A stretch of 64,000 nucleotides of DNA from Candidatus Methylomirabilota bacterium (GTDB lineage: Bacteria > Methylomirabilota > Methylomirabilia > Rokubacteriales > CSP1-6), in contig JBKPAK010000189.1 of NCBI GenBank assembly GCA_046726415.1, positions 11,453 through 75,452 on the forward strand, read 5' to 3'. How positions within the stretch are numbered: the first letter of the stretch is position 1; each line of letters opens with the position of its first letter. The notes beneath the pieces were generated by a model. That model saw only the letters and a program-made list of their open reading frames with translations, was not told the DNA's origin and made no database searches. Below, piece by piece: positions 46,771 to 56,103 of this stretch. A program made the position numbers and the translations under genes.

Positions 46771-47196
46771 TTATACACCCTCGGCGGTCGCAGATCCGTC
46801 TGTCGCGATCGGCATGATCGCCTGCAACCATGGCGGCATGGCGATCATCTTGCCGCTGGCGGGATTCCAGCAGGCGTGCAGGGTCGAACCGGTGGCCACC
46901 ACATCCCCCGTCTCGCTGCGGATTTCATAAGAGAAGCGGAAGCTGGCGCGCTTGCGCTCGCTAATCCAGCACCGGACATCCAGGAGGTCATCGAGGTGGG
47001 CCGGGCGCAGGTAGCGCACGGTGGCCTCCACCACCGGCAAACGGATGCGCCGGTCGACCTCTGAGATGGGCAGGCCGTGCTGCCGAAGGAATTCCACGCG
47101 CCCGACCTCGAAGTAGGTCAGGTAGTTGCCGTAGTAGACGACGTTCATGCAGTCCGTATCCTTGTACCGGACGCGGAGGGAGGTCCGGGATACCAT
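46771..47196 (-). CDS. Acyl-CoA thioesterase (YbgC/FadM 4HBT family)
   Basis: Motifs VRYKDTD...VYYGNYLTYFEVGR and YLRPAHLDD. Confidence 0.92.
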   Translation of the reverse strand: MVSRTSLRVRYKDTDCMNVVYYGNYLTYFEVGRVEFLRQHGLPISEVDRRIRLPVVEATVRYLRPAHLDDLLDVRCWISERKRASFRFSYEIRSETGDVVATGSTLHACWNPASGKMIAMPPWLQAIMPIATDGSATAEGV

Positions 47197-47199
47197 GCG

Positions 47200-48135
47200 C
47201 TAGAGGTACTGGCCGTAGCGAATCTTCTCCACAACTCCGCGCACGCGCTTGTATTCGTCGATGGCCATGAGCAGATCCTCGGTGCTCACCGGCGTGGCTT
47301 CGTGGCGCTCGGCCGCTCGGTGGACCTTCACTTCCAGGGCGCGCTGCACGATCTGCGAAATCTCCGCGCCACTCATCCCGCCCATGACCGGCAGCACCGT
47401 CCGGTAGTCGATGTCGGCGAACACCGACCGTCCAGCTAGCCGCTCGATCTTCGCCCGGATCAGGTCGAAGATTTCCTGCTGGGCGGCCGCATCGGGAAGC
47501 GCCACCTCGATGAGATGGTCGAGCCGCCCCGGGGCCACCAGCGCCGGATCGATCGCGTCGGTGCGGGTGGTCGAGGCCAGGACGAGAATGCGCGAGGCCG
47601 CGTCGAGGCCGTCCAGTTTTTCGCACAGGGCCGCCACCAAGCGCGCGCTCGCCTCGCGCGCCTGGGGCGGGGGCAGGAGATGCTCGAGGGCGAGCGCGTC
47701 GGCCTCGTCGAGAAAGAGGACGCCCCGTCCCTCGTTGGCGGCGATGCGAAGGATCTCCTGGAGCAACTCTCCCGTGTTCACCCCGAACTTGGTGGTCAGG
47801 TTGGTGAGCTTCAGGTGGTAGAAGATCGCTTGGGCCGCGGTCGCCAGCGCCCGGGCCAGAGTGGCCTTCCCGGTACCGGGCGGACCATAGAGGAGGAGAC
47901 CCCGGGGAGGCCGGATGCCCCACTGCGCGTACAGCTCCGGCGACGTCAGGGTATAGGCGAAGCCCCGCACGGCGGCCTTGGCCTCGCGGAGTCCGCCGAC
48001 GTCGTCGAAGGAGACGCTGGGGCGAATGCTGGTCTCCACTCGCCCCGTCAGATCGCCGAACTTCTCGCCAAGCTTGGCAAAGACGTCCTCGATCCGCCGC
48101 TGAATCGCCCACTGGAGATCGCTGAGGTCGGACAT
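47200..48135 (-). CDS. Short AAA+ protein with C-terminal GQYL and degenerate catalytic motifs
   Basis: Motifs SFDDVGGL, PRGLLLYGPPGTGKA, FLDEAD, IDPALVAPGRLD and GMSGAEI; ends RYGQYL-stop. Confidence 0.88.
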   Translation of the reverse strand: MSDLSDLQWAIQRRIEDVFAKLGEKFGDLTGRVETSIRPSVSFDDVGGLREAKAAVRGFAYTLTSPELYAQWGIRPPRGLLLYGPPGTGKATLARALATAAQAIFYHLKLTNLTTKFGVNTGELLQEILRIAANEGRGVLFLDEADALALEHLLPPPQAREASARLVAALCEKLDGLDAASRILVLASTTRTDAIDPALVAPGRLDHLIEVALPDAAAQQEIFDLIRAKIERLAGRSVFADIDYRTVLPVMGGMSGAEISQIVQRALEVKVHRAAERHEATPVSTEDLLMAIDEYKRVRGVVEKIRYGQYL

Positions 48136-48153
48136 GGCCAGCCTCTCGCGAGA

Positions 48154-48675
48154 TCAGATCTGCGGACGGCGGGGGGGGGTGAGGAGTTCGCTTTTGTCGA
48201 ACACCCGGTTCTCGACGAGCACCGGCACCTTGGCGCGGATGGCCAACGCGATGGCGTCAGACGGTCGCGCATCCAACTGAAGCGGTGCCGCCGAGCTCTG
48301 CAGATACACGTTCGCGTAGTAGATGCCATCCCTGAGATCCGTGATGACGACCCGGGTGACGCTGACGTGAAGGCGCCCGAACAGGGTGAGGAACAGATCG
48401 TGCGTCAAGGGGCGGATCGGCACCACCCCCTGAAGGGGGACGGCAATGCTGGTCGCCTCCGCAGGACCAATGGCCATGAGCAGCTGTCGCTTGTCGCGCT
48501 TACCCTCCAGCACGACCACGGGGTTCTGGGTCCGCGCGTCCTGCATGACGGCGAGCACCTCGACCTCCTGGGTCGAGAGTGGCGCGGGGGCATCGGCCCG
48601 CTCGCGCGCCGATGCAGTGTGAGCGAGAGCGACGATGACCAGGACGAATACTCCGAGTCGACCGTGGCGTCCCAT
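48154..48675 (-). CDS. Bifunctional nuclease family (DUF151) protein with a signal-like N-terminus
   Basis: Motifs IGPAEATSI, RPLTHDL, GIYYA, DARPSDAIALAIRAKVPV. Confidence 0.9.
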   Translation of the reverse strand: MGRHGRLGVFVLVIVALAHTASARERADAPAPLSTQEVEVLAVMQDARTQNPVVVLEGKRDKRQLLMAIGPAEATSIAVPLQGVVPIRPLTHDLFLTLFGRLHVSVTRVVITDLRDGIYYANVYLQSSAAPLQLDARPSDAIALAIRAKVPVLVENRVFDKSELLTPPRRPQI

Positions 48676-48856
48676 GTTTCCCCCACTTCCGCTAGGATGC
48701 CGCCAGTATAAGCCGGTTCCCACCGCGCCCAGCACCGCCGCGACGGGGATGGACCGCAACAAACCGCACGAAACCGTCGAGGCTCGGGAAGGAGAAGTGC
48801 CTGACCGCGCGGAAGCACAGACGGTCCGCTACAATGGGCGGCACGCCGATTCTCGC

Positions 48857-49687
48857 ATGCTGACCACCGAAGCTCTCCTCCGCCGCTCCATCGACGTCGA
48901 TGGTGCCGGCCTGCGGCTCACTCTCGATGGCGCGTTCCAGGGGCTTCCGGGAACCGCGCACGGCGGGAGCGTACTCGCGGCCTTCGATGCGATCGCCGGC
49001 GTGGCCGGGATCCGCCAGCTCAGCGGCGCCTATCTCAAGCGCGTGCCCCTCGGCGTCGCCCTCCGCCTCGAGGTAGCGCGTGGCGACGGAGCGGCGGCTT
49101 GCCGCCTTGCTCAGGGCAGTGCCGTCCTCGTCGAAGGCGGTGTGGTCTCGTCCTCGCTCCCCGAGCCGAGGGTGGAGATCGACGCGACCGACGGGCTACC
49201 GCTGCCGGTGTCGAAGACCTGCTTCGTGTGCGGCGTCGACAATAGAGCCGGACTGTGCGCGCGCCTGCGGTTCGACGAGCAGGGCGTCTTCGGTCTGTGG
49301 ATACCGCCCGGGCGATTCCGGACGGAGGAGGGCGGCCTCGCACCGCTCGCCCTGACCGCGATCTTGGATGAGGCCGCCTTCTGGCTGGGCGCGCTGGCCT
49401 CAGGGGAGTCGGGCATGACTACCGACCTGGCGGTGACGCTCGCCTCTCCGATCTTCTTCGCCTCCCCCGTCATCCTTCGAGGCGAGCGCGCGCACGCGCG
49501 GCCGATGACCGCCGATCCGCGGTATTGGCAGACCCACGTCGCGGCGTGCGACGCGGCGGGACGCGTCGTGGCCGCGGCCGACATCACGTTCGTGGCCGTG
49601 CGTGGAGCAGCGCGCAAGCTGGCGGCGTGGCTTGCACCCATGAATCCGCCCGACCTCATGCCCAAAATCTTTCCCGCCTACGCATGA
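48857..49687 (+). CDS. Double hot-dog fold thioesterase-like protein
   Basis: Motifs FQGLPGTAHGG, CFVCGVDN..GL and ILDEA. Confidence 0.7.
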   Translation: MLTTEALLRRSIDVDGAGLRLTLDGAFQGLPGTAHGGSVLAAFDAIAGVAGIRQLSGAYLKRVPLGVALRLEVARGDGAAACRLAQGSAVLVEGGVVSSSLPEPRVEIDATDGLPLPVSKTCFVCGVDNRAGLCARLRFDEQGVFGLWIPPGRFRTEEGGLAPLALTAILDEAAFWLGALASGESGMTTDLAVTLASPIFFASPVILRGERAHARPMTADPRYWQTHVAACDAAGRVVAAADITFVAVRGAARKLAAWLAPMNPPDLMPKIFPAYA

Positions 49688-50574
49688 GGCCCGCGCCCGG
49701 CCGTCCGCGCTGGCCACCAGCGGCGCTGGCGTGGACGAGCGCGGCGGTTGCCCTGGCCTTCGCCGCCAGCTGCACGCCATCCCCTCCTGGCTTCAGTAGC
49801 CCGAGCGTCCCCTACGTGTCCACGCCCTTGGATGTCGGCGTGGAGATGTTGAAGCTCGCCGGGGTCACCAGCAATGACCTCGTGTATGACCTGGGTTCAG
49901 GCGATGGTCGGCTGGCCATCGCCGCCGCCACGCTCTTCGGGGCTCGGGCCGTCGGGGTGGAGATCGACGCCAAGCTCATCCAGGACAGCCGGGAGGCCGC
50001 CGCCAGGGCGGGGGTGGCCGACCGCGTGACCTTCGTCTGGGGCGATCTCTTCACGGTGGATCTGCGTCCGGCAACCGCCGTTCTGCTCTATCTGCTGCCG
50101 GAGATCAATCTGAGACTCCGCCCCAAGCTCCTGGCCGAGCTGAGGCCCGGCACACCGGTGGTGTCCCACAACTTCGACATGGGGGAATGGACACCCGACC
50201 GCCTGGTGCGTGTTGTGACTACCGATGGTACCTACCGTCTGTACCTTTGGATCGTCCCAGCGCAGGTCCAGGGTACGTGGGCCATGACCCTGACCATGCC
50301 GGATGGCGACATGGCCGCCAGCCTCGTCTTCGAGCAGAACTTCCAGCGCTTGTCCGGGGTCTTGCAGACGCCGACCGGCCCGGCGCCCCTCGTGGACACG
50401 AGCCTGCGCGGCGACGCCATCGCCTTCTCGACCACCTTCGGCATGAAGCCCGGTCTGCGAACGGTCCGCTTTCGAGGCTTGGTCACCGGCGACAGCACCG
50501 CCGGAACGGCCGAGGTGACGGGCGGGCTCGCCATCGATCCGGGGCGGTGGGTGGCTCGGAGGCTGTCGCGCTGA
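49684..50574 (+). CDS. Class I SAM methyltransferase with a lipoprotein-like signal and a C-terminal beta domain
   Basis: Motifs VPYVSTP, VYDLGSGDGR, GVEID, LYLLPEINLRLRPKL and VVSHNFDMGEW; N-terminal AFAASC. Confidence 0.88.
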   Translation: MRPAPGRPRWPPAALAWTSAAVALAFAASCTPSPPGFSSPSVPYVSTPLDVGVEMLKLAGVTSNDLVYDLGSGDGRLAIAAATLFGARAVGVEIDAKLIQDSREAAARAGVADRVTFVWGDLFTVDLRPATAVLLYLLPEINLRLRPKLLAELRPGTPVVSHNFDMGEWTPDRLVRVVTTDGTYRLYLWIVPAQVQGTWAMTLTMPDGDMAASLVFEQNFQRLSGVLQTPTGPAPLVDTSLRGDAIAFSTTFGMKPGLRTVRFRGLVTGDSTAGTAEVTGGLAIDPGRWVARRLSR

Positions 50575-50630
50575 GCCCGCTCGTCGGACGCGAGGCGTTG
50601 GCCCCGCCGTCCTCCGGTGACCCCGGCACG

Positions 50631-50993
50631 CTACCGCGTCAGACGACTCCCTTCCAACCAGGCCCCCCATTGGTCGGGAGTGTGCCCGACCCCGACGCGA
50701 TTCCCGCAGCGGACGAGAGGCGTGCGGAGCAATCGGGGTTCCGTCAGCGCGCGGTCGAGAAGGCGTTCAGGAGAGTCCCCGGCCACATGGAGACCGAGAG
50801 CGCGCAAGCGCGGGCTCTCGCGATTGACGAGCGTGGCCGCTCCGAGGCGCTCCTTGAAGCGGCGCAGCTCACCCGCAGAGGCCGGGCGGTCGTCGAGGTC
50901 GACGAAGTGGACGGCGATCCGGCGCTCGGCGAAGAATCGCTGCGCCTTGCGGGTGTCCGGGTCGTTCCGGAAGCCGAAGATCTGAACGTTCAC
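50631..50993 (-). CDS. ArsC/Spx/MgsR-family protein
   Basis: GTG start overlaps the PHP stop. Motifs QIFG...DTRKAQRFF and PRLLRTPLVR. Confidence 0.85.
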   Translation of the reverse strand: MNVQIFGFRNDPDTRKAQRFFAERRIAVHFVDLDDRPASAGELRRFKERLGAATLVNRESPRLRALGLHVAGDSPERLLDRALTEPRLLRTPLVRCGNRVGVGHTPDQWGAWLEGSRLTR

Positions 50994-51832
50994 GCCGCCC
51001 GCGCGCGGGCCATGCGCTCCTGCAGCGCCTCCCATACGGCCAGGGGGACGGCCGGCGTGCCTGGCGGGTTGAGGCGACCGGTGTGAGGGCCATGGAAGTC
51101 GGAGCCGCCGGTGGCCACCAGACCGCAACGCCGACACAGCTCGAGGTAGCTCGCCAGCTGTCCGGCTGAATGCTCCGCGTAGTAGCACTCGATCCCCATC
51201 AAGCCGGCAGCGATCAGCTCGCCAATCAGCTCGTCCCGCCCACCCACTCCGGGGTGAGCCAAAACCGGCACCCCTTTGGCCTTCCGGATGACGTCGACCG
51301 CCTCGGCGGGCGTGAGCCGATGGCGCGCCACGTGGGCAGGACCGCCTGTGTGCAAGTAGCGGTTGAAGGCCTCCCGCACCGACTTGACGTAACCGCGCGC
51401 GACCATCACCCGAGCGATGTGTGGGCGGCCCGGCGAGCCTTCCTTGACGATGGCGAACACCTCGGCCGGATCGATGGGCAGCCCGAGCTCTGCGAGTCGA
51501 CCCGCCATGCGATGGACGCGCGCTATGCGCTCGGCGCGCTGGGCTCGCAGAAAGTCCTGGAACCAGGCCGCGGCGTGGTCCACGCCATAGCCGAGGATGT
51601 GAACTTCGCCGCCGCCCTCCACGTCGCAGTTGATCTCGAGCCCGGGAACGATCGTCAGCCCCGGACAGGCTCCGGCCGCCGCCTCGGCCTCGGCGAGCCC
51701 GTCCGTGCTGTCGTGATCGGTGACGGCCAGGACGCGCACGCCGTGTCGCCAGGCCAGCTGCACCAGGTCGCGCGGCGCCAGCACGCCGTCCGAGGCCGTC
51801 GTGTGGCTGTGGAGGTCGATGGCGCCGCCCAT
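50990..51832 (-). CDS. PHP-domain phosphoesterase (TrpH/YciV-like)
   Basis: Motifs DLHSHTTASDG, AVTDHD, VHILGY, GRPHIA, VLAHP and GGSDFHG. Confidence 0.93.
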   Translation of the reverse strand: MGGAIDLHSHTTASDGVLAPRDLVQLAWRHGVRVLAVTDHDSTDGLAEAEAAAGACPGLTIVPGLEINCDVEGGGEVHILGYGVDHAAAWFQDFLRAQRAERIARVHRMAGRLAELGLPIDPAEVFAIVKEGSPGRPHIARVMVARGYVKSVREAFNRYLHTGGPAHVARHRLTPAEAVDVIRKAKGVPVLAHPGVGGRDELIGELIAAGLMGIECYYAEHSAGQLASYLELCRRCGLVATGGSDFHGPHTGRLNPPGTPAVPLAVWEALQERMARARAA

Positions 51833-53385
51833 CAGCGGAGTTCAGTGAGATACGTGAGGATCGTGCGCACGCCCACGCCGGTGGCGCCCTTGGGGGCCAA
51901 AGGGCCGTCTTTCTCGACGAAGGCCGGGCCGGCGATGTCGAGGTGCGCCCACGGCAGCCCCCCCGCGAATTCCCGCAGGAACAGCCCGGCGGTGATGGCG
52001 CCACCGCCGCGCGGCCCGACGTTGTTGAGATCGGCGATCTCGGACTTGAGATGCTCGCGGTACTCGTCGATGAGCGGCAGCTGCCACAGGTGTTCGCCCG
52101 CCGCCTCGGCGGCGGCTCGCAGCCGGTTGGCGAGTCCTTGATGACTGGCCATCAGCCCCGAGCAGAGCGGACCCAGCGCGACGACACAGGCGCCGGTGAG
52201 CGTGGCGAGGTCGATCATCTCGTCGGGCTTGATGGTCTGAACGGCGTAGCTCAGCACGTCGGCCAGGGTGAGACGCCCCTCCGCATCCGTGTTGCCGATC
52301 TCGATGGTCGTGCCATTCATGGCGCGCAATACGTCGCCCGGCCGAAACGCCGTCCCCGACGGCATGTTCTCGGTGGCGGCGATCAGGCCATGCACCTCGA
52401 CGCGCGGCTTGAGTCCCGGCAGGGCCCTTATGATGCCGAGCACGGCCGCCGCGCCGGACATGTCGTCTTTCATGCGCAGCATCCCCTCCGCCGTCTTGAG
52501 ATCGAGCCCGCCCGCGTCGAAGGTGATGCCCTTGCCGATGATGACGACGCGGCGGGTGGGCCGCCCGGCGGGACGGTACGTGAGGTGGATGAACTTCGGG
52601 GGCTGCTGGCTGCCGGCCGCCACGCCGAGGAAGGCGCCCATCCCCAGCTCGGCACACTCCGCGCGGTCGAGCACCTTCACGCTGAGCCGCGGCTGCTGGC
52701 CGATCGTCTCGGCCACCTCGGCCAGGTGGGTCGGATGCACCTCGTTGGCCGGCGCGTTGACGAGATCTCGCGCAAACCACGTGGCCCGCGCGAATGCTTC
52801 GCCCGTGCGAACGCCTTCGCCAACCTCGCGAGCGCCCCGACCGTCCGCGGGCACGACCAGCGCTTCCCCGACAAACTTCTCCGCCGTCTCGCGCTTGTAG
52901 CGCTCGAAGGCGTAGGTCCCCAGAATGAGGCCCTCGACCACCGCATGGGCGCGCCGGCGCGGCGGCAGGCGATCGCCCAGCACCTCGATGGCCACGGTAC
53001 GCGCTCCGAGATCCCGCGCGCGGCGGATGCCGTTGGCCGCCGCACGCCGGATCGCCTCCAAGGTCAACTCCCGCCGCGACCCCAGCCCCACCACCACCAC
53101 GCGCGGGCTCGGCAGGCGATCGCCAGCGTGGACGTGGGTCACTGCCCCGGTCTTGCCCGAGAACTTCTCGGCGTCGAGGACAGCCTTGATGAATCCGCCC
53201 GCTCGCCGGTCGAGGGCGAGGACCGTCTCCGGCAAGCGCTTCTCGTTTGCAAAGAGACCCACCACAAGGGCATCAACGGTCAGGTCGCCCAGCGCCTTGC
53301 GGGCCACGCCGACTTTCAGCGCGCGCGACGACGGAGCAGTCGCGCGTTCGGTGTCCGGGGTTGCCGTTTCGGCCGGGGCCTTCAC
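51832..53385 (-). CDS. pepA: Leucyl aminopeptidase (M17)
   Basis: Motifs GKGITFDAGG, MKDDMSGAA, NTDAEGRL, DLATLTGA and WAHLDIAG. Confidence 0.95.
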   Translation of the reverse strand: MKAPAETATPDTERATAPSSRALKVGVARKALGDLTVDALVVGLFANEKRLPETVLALDRRAGGFIKAVLDAEKFSGKTGAVTHVHAGDRLPSPRVVVVGLGSRRELTLEAIRRAAANGIRRARDLGARTVAIEVLGDRLPPRRRAHAVVEGLILGTYAFERYKRETAEKFVGEALVVPADGRGAREVGEGVRTGEAFARATWFARDLVNAPANEVHPTHLAEVAETIGQQPRLSVKVLDRAECAELGMGAFLGVAAGSQQPPKFIHLTYRPAGRPTRRVVIIGKGITFDAGGLDLKTAEGMLRMKDDMSGAAAVLGIIRALPGLKPRVEVHGLIAATENMPSGTAFRPGDVLRAMNGTTIEIGNTDAEGRLTLADVLSYAVQTIKPDEMIDLATLTGACVVALGPLCSGLMASHQGLANRLRAAAEAAGEHLWQLPLIDEYREHLKSEIADLNNVGPRGGGAITAGLFLREFAGGLPWAHLDIAGPAFVEKDGPLAPKGATGVGVRTILTYLTELR

Positions 53386-53822
53386 GAAGTGCTCCCCGCG
53401 GCCAGCGCCATTGCTCGGCGGATCATGTCGATCAGTCCCTCCGTGACGTCGAGTGAGTGTACGTGCTCGGCTGGAACCCAGCGAACCTCGGCCGCGTCCG
53501 TGCCAGCACAGATGGCGTCGGATTCCGGATACGCGAGGTAGTCGATGAGGACGTAGTGATACCGGACGCGCCCGGCGTCGTCGCGAATGATGCGCTCCAC
53601 CATCCCGGCCACTCCCTCCACGCGGACGTCGATGCCGCACTCTTCGACCACTTCGCGACGGGCGGCGTCGGCGGTGCTCTCGCCGAGGTCGACGAGGCCG
53701 CCGGGCAGGCTCCACTTGCCCACGCCAGGAGGACGCCCGCGCTTGACGAGCAGGACGCGGCCTTCGTGCAGGACGATGGCTCCCACGCCGACGCGGGGAT
53801 AGTCCGGGTATTCGCGGCTCAC
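53382..53822 (-). CDS. NUDIX hydrolase
   Basis: Nudix box GGLVDLGESTADAARREVVEECG. Confidence 0.93.
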   Translation of the reverse strand: MSREYPDYPRVGVGAIVLHEGRVLLVKRGRPPGVGKWSLPGGLVDLGESTADAARREVVEECGIDVRVEGVAGMVERIIRDDAGRVRYHYVLIDYLAYPESDAICAGTDAAEVRWVPAEHVHSLDVTEGLIDMIRRAMALAAGSTS

Positions 53823-54634
53823 GGCACTCCGGCGAGCCAGCCGTCCGTCCCATATCGCGTCCGAATCAAATCCTCCGCGCGCGCTAGCTCGTCGGCCGTG
53901 AATCCATCGGGCTTCATGGTGAGGGCATGCTCGGCTTCGAAGGCGGCGGCCAGGGCATCAGCCACTTCCGGCCAGCGTGGGCGGCGACCGAGAACGCGTT
54001 CAAGCGTGGTCATCCTCGAGAGCGGATCCACCGTAGTCGGGAAGAGGGTCCGCAGGCGGCTCTCGTCAACCCCGAGGAGCACGGACCCATGCTGCAGAAA
54101 ACACCGTCCCTGGCGTCGCTGGGCGCTCCCCACCACTTTGCGGCCGGCGATCTCGATCTCGTAGCGCCCGGTCCGGGCGAAGCAGAAAGCCGGGATCGGC
54201 CCGGCGGAGGCGCTCACGGGCACCAGCTCGGCTCCAGCACCAAGCGCATTCAATCCGCGCAACAGCGCGGCGCCGATCCAGCGATACGTCTCGAGCAGAT
54301 CCCCGCCGAGTTCTAGGTCCTCGGCCGCCGCCACGACGCTGTACGTCAGCTCGCGCTCCGGACCGTCGTGATAGATTGCGCTGCCTCCGGTTGGACGGCG
54401 CACGAGACCGACGCCCAGCGCCCGGCATGCGACCACATCGACGTCGGCATTGAGCGGCTGGCCATAGCCGAGCGACACCGTGGGAGGCGACCATGCGAAG
54501 AAGCGGAGCGTCGGTGGCGACGTCCCTGCCTGGCGCCCCCGCCATAACGCTTCGTCAATGGCCATATTGGTAGCGCCGTCGAGGGGCTCCGAGATCAGGA
54601 GCCGCCACCCCGGACGCGCGTGTGCCTGGCTCAC
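53819..54634 (-). CDS. Lipoate-protein ligase / octanoyltransferase (LipM/LplA family)
   Basis: Motifs [31 protein letters not shown] and LQHGS; located in the gcv operon. Confidence 0.92.
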   Translation of the reverse strand: MSQAHARPGWRLLISEPLDGATNMAIDEALWRGRQAGTSPPTLRFFAWSPPTVSLGYGQPLNADVDVVACRALGVGLVRRPTGGSAIYHDGPERELTYSVVAAAEDLELGGDLLETYRWIGAALLRGLNALGAGAELVPVSASAGPIPAFCFARTGRYEIEIAGRKVVGSAQRRQGRCFLQHGSVLLGVDESRLRTLFPTTVDPLSRMTTLERVLGRRPRWPEVADALAAAFEAEHALTMKPDGFTADELARAEDLIRTRYGTDGWLAGVP

Positions 54635-56103
54635 CCTGCGGGTCCGCGCCAGCGCAGGACGGGCTCGCGGGCGCCCTTGGTCTGATCCAGTCGGCGCACC
54701 GCGGTGCTGGTAGGGGCCTCGTGGATGCGCTGCGGATGCTCCTCGGCCTCGCGGGCGATCCGGATCATCGCGTCGCAGAAGGCATCGAGCGTCTGCTTCG
54801 ATTCCGTCTCCGTCGGCTCGATCATCAGCGCCTCGTCGACGATCAGCGGGAAGTAGGTCGACGGCGCGTAGAAGCCGAGATCGAGCAGGCGCTTGGCGAC
54901 GTCCATGGCGGTCACGCCGAGCTTCTTCTGCCGCCGGGCCGAGAACACGCACTCGTGCATGCACGGGCCCGGGGCCGCCACGTCGTAGTGCCCTTCCAGG
55001 CGCTTCATGATGTAATTCGCGTTGAGGACGGCGTTCTCCGAAACCGCCCGGAGCCCGTCGGCGCCCATGGTGCGGATATACGTGTAAGCCCGCACCAGCA
55101 TCCCGAAGTTGCCCCAGAACGCCTGCAGCTTGCCGATGGATTTCGGGCGTCGCCAATCGAGGGCGTACCGCCCTCCGCGCTTGACGACTACCGGCACTGG
55201 TAGGAACGGCTCGAGGTGCGCCTTGACGCCCACCGGTCCAGCCCCTGGACCGCCTCCCCCATGCGGCGTGGTAAAGGTCTTGTGCAGGTTGAAGTGGCAA
55301 ACGTCGAAGCCGAGATCGCCAGGCCGCGTGATCCCGAGAATGGCATTCAGGTTTGCGCCGTCCATGTATACCTGGACGCCCTTGGCGTGGCACATCTCGG
55401 TGACATCGGAGACCCGGGGCTCGAACATACCGAGCGTGTTCGGCACGGTGATCATGAAGGCGGCGACGTCCGTGTCGAGGTGCCGCGCGAGATCGTCGAC
55501 GTCGACCTCTCCGCTGGCCGTGGACTTGACCTCGACGACTTCGTAGCCCGCGATGGCCGTCGACGCCGGATTGGTGCCGTGGGCGGAGTTCGGCACCAGG
55601 ACTTTGGTCCGCTTCTCGCGCCTGGCGAGGTGGTAGGCGCGGATCATGAGGATACCCGCGAGCTCGCCCTGCGCCCCCGCCGCCGGCTGGAGCGAGACGG
55701 CGTCCATGCCGGCGATCTCGGTCAGCGCCTCGGCCAGCGCGTGCATGAGGGCGAGGGCGCCCTGCGCGGCGGACTCCGGAGCCAGAGGATGCAGTCGGGC
55801 GAACCCGGGGAGTCGCGCCATGTCCTCGTTCAGCTTGGGGTTGTACTTCATGGTGCACGAGCCGAGGGGATAGAAGTGCGTGTCGAGCCCATAGTTGAGG
55901 CGCGACAGGCGCGAGTAGTGTCGCACGACATCGAACTCGGACACCTCGGGAAGCGCGGGCGGCTCGGGGCGGAGGTAGGACACCGGCAGCGCGGCGCGCG
56001 GATCACCGGGCACGTCCGATTCGGGCAGCGAGTATCCGACGCGGCCGGGCGAGGACAGCTCAAAGATGAGCTGATCGTACGGCGGGGCGGCCGTCCGGCT
56101 CAT
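54631..56103 (-). CDS. gcvPB: Glycine dehydrogenase subunit 2
   Basis: Motifs [39 protein letters not shown] and MIEPTETE. Confidence 0.97.
   Translation of the reverse strand: MSRTAAPPYDQLIFELSSPGRVGYSLPESDVPGDPRAALPVSYLRPEPPALPEVSEFDVVRHYSRLSRLNYGLDTHFYPLGSCTMKYNPKLNEDMARLPGFARLHPLAPESAAQGALALMHALAEALTEIAGMDAVSLQPAAGAQGELAGILMIRAYHLARREKRTKVLVPNSAHGTNPASTAIAGYEVVEVKSTASGEVDVDDLARHLDTDVAAFMITVPNTLGMFEPRVSDVTEMCHAKGVQVYMDGANLNAILGITRPGDLGFDVCHFNLHKTFTTPHGGGGPGAGPVGVKAHLEPFLPVPVVVKRGGRYALDWRRPKSIGKLQAFWGNFGMLVRAYTYIRTMGADGLRAVSENAVLNANYIMKRLEGHYDVAAPGPCMHECVFSARRQKKLGVTAMDVAKRLLDLGFYAPSTYFPLIVDEALMIEPTETESKQTLDAFCDAMIRIAREAEEHPQRIHEAPTSTAVRRLDQTKGAREPVLRWRGPAG

Noticed and set aside
47200-48135. 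Calling this gene arc/mpa or ftsH
   Set aside because: It lacks the coiled-coil and OB domains of ARC/Mpa and the TM and protease domains of FtsH, and it is much shorter than either.
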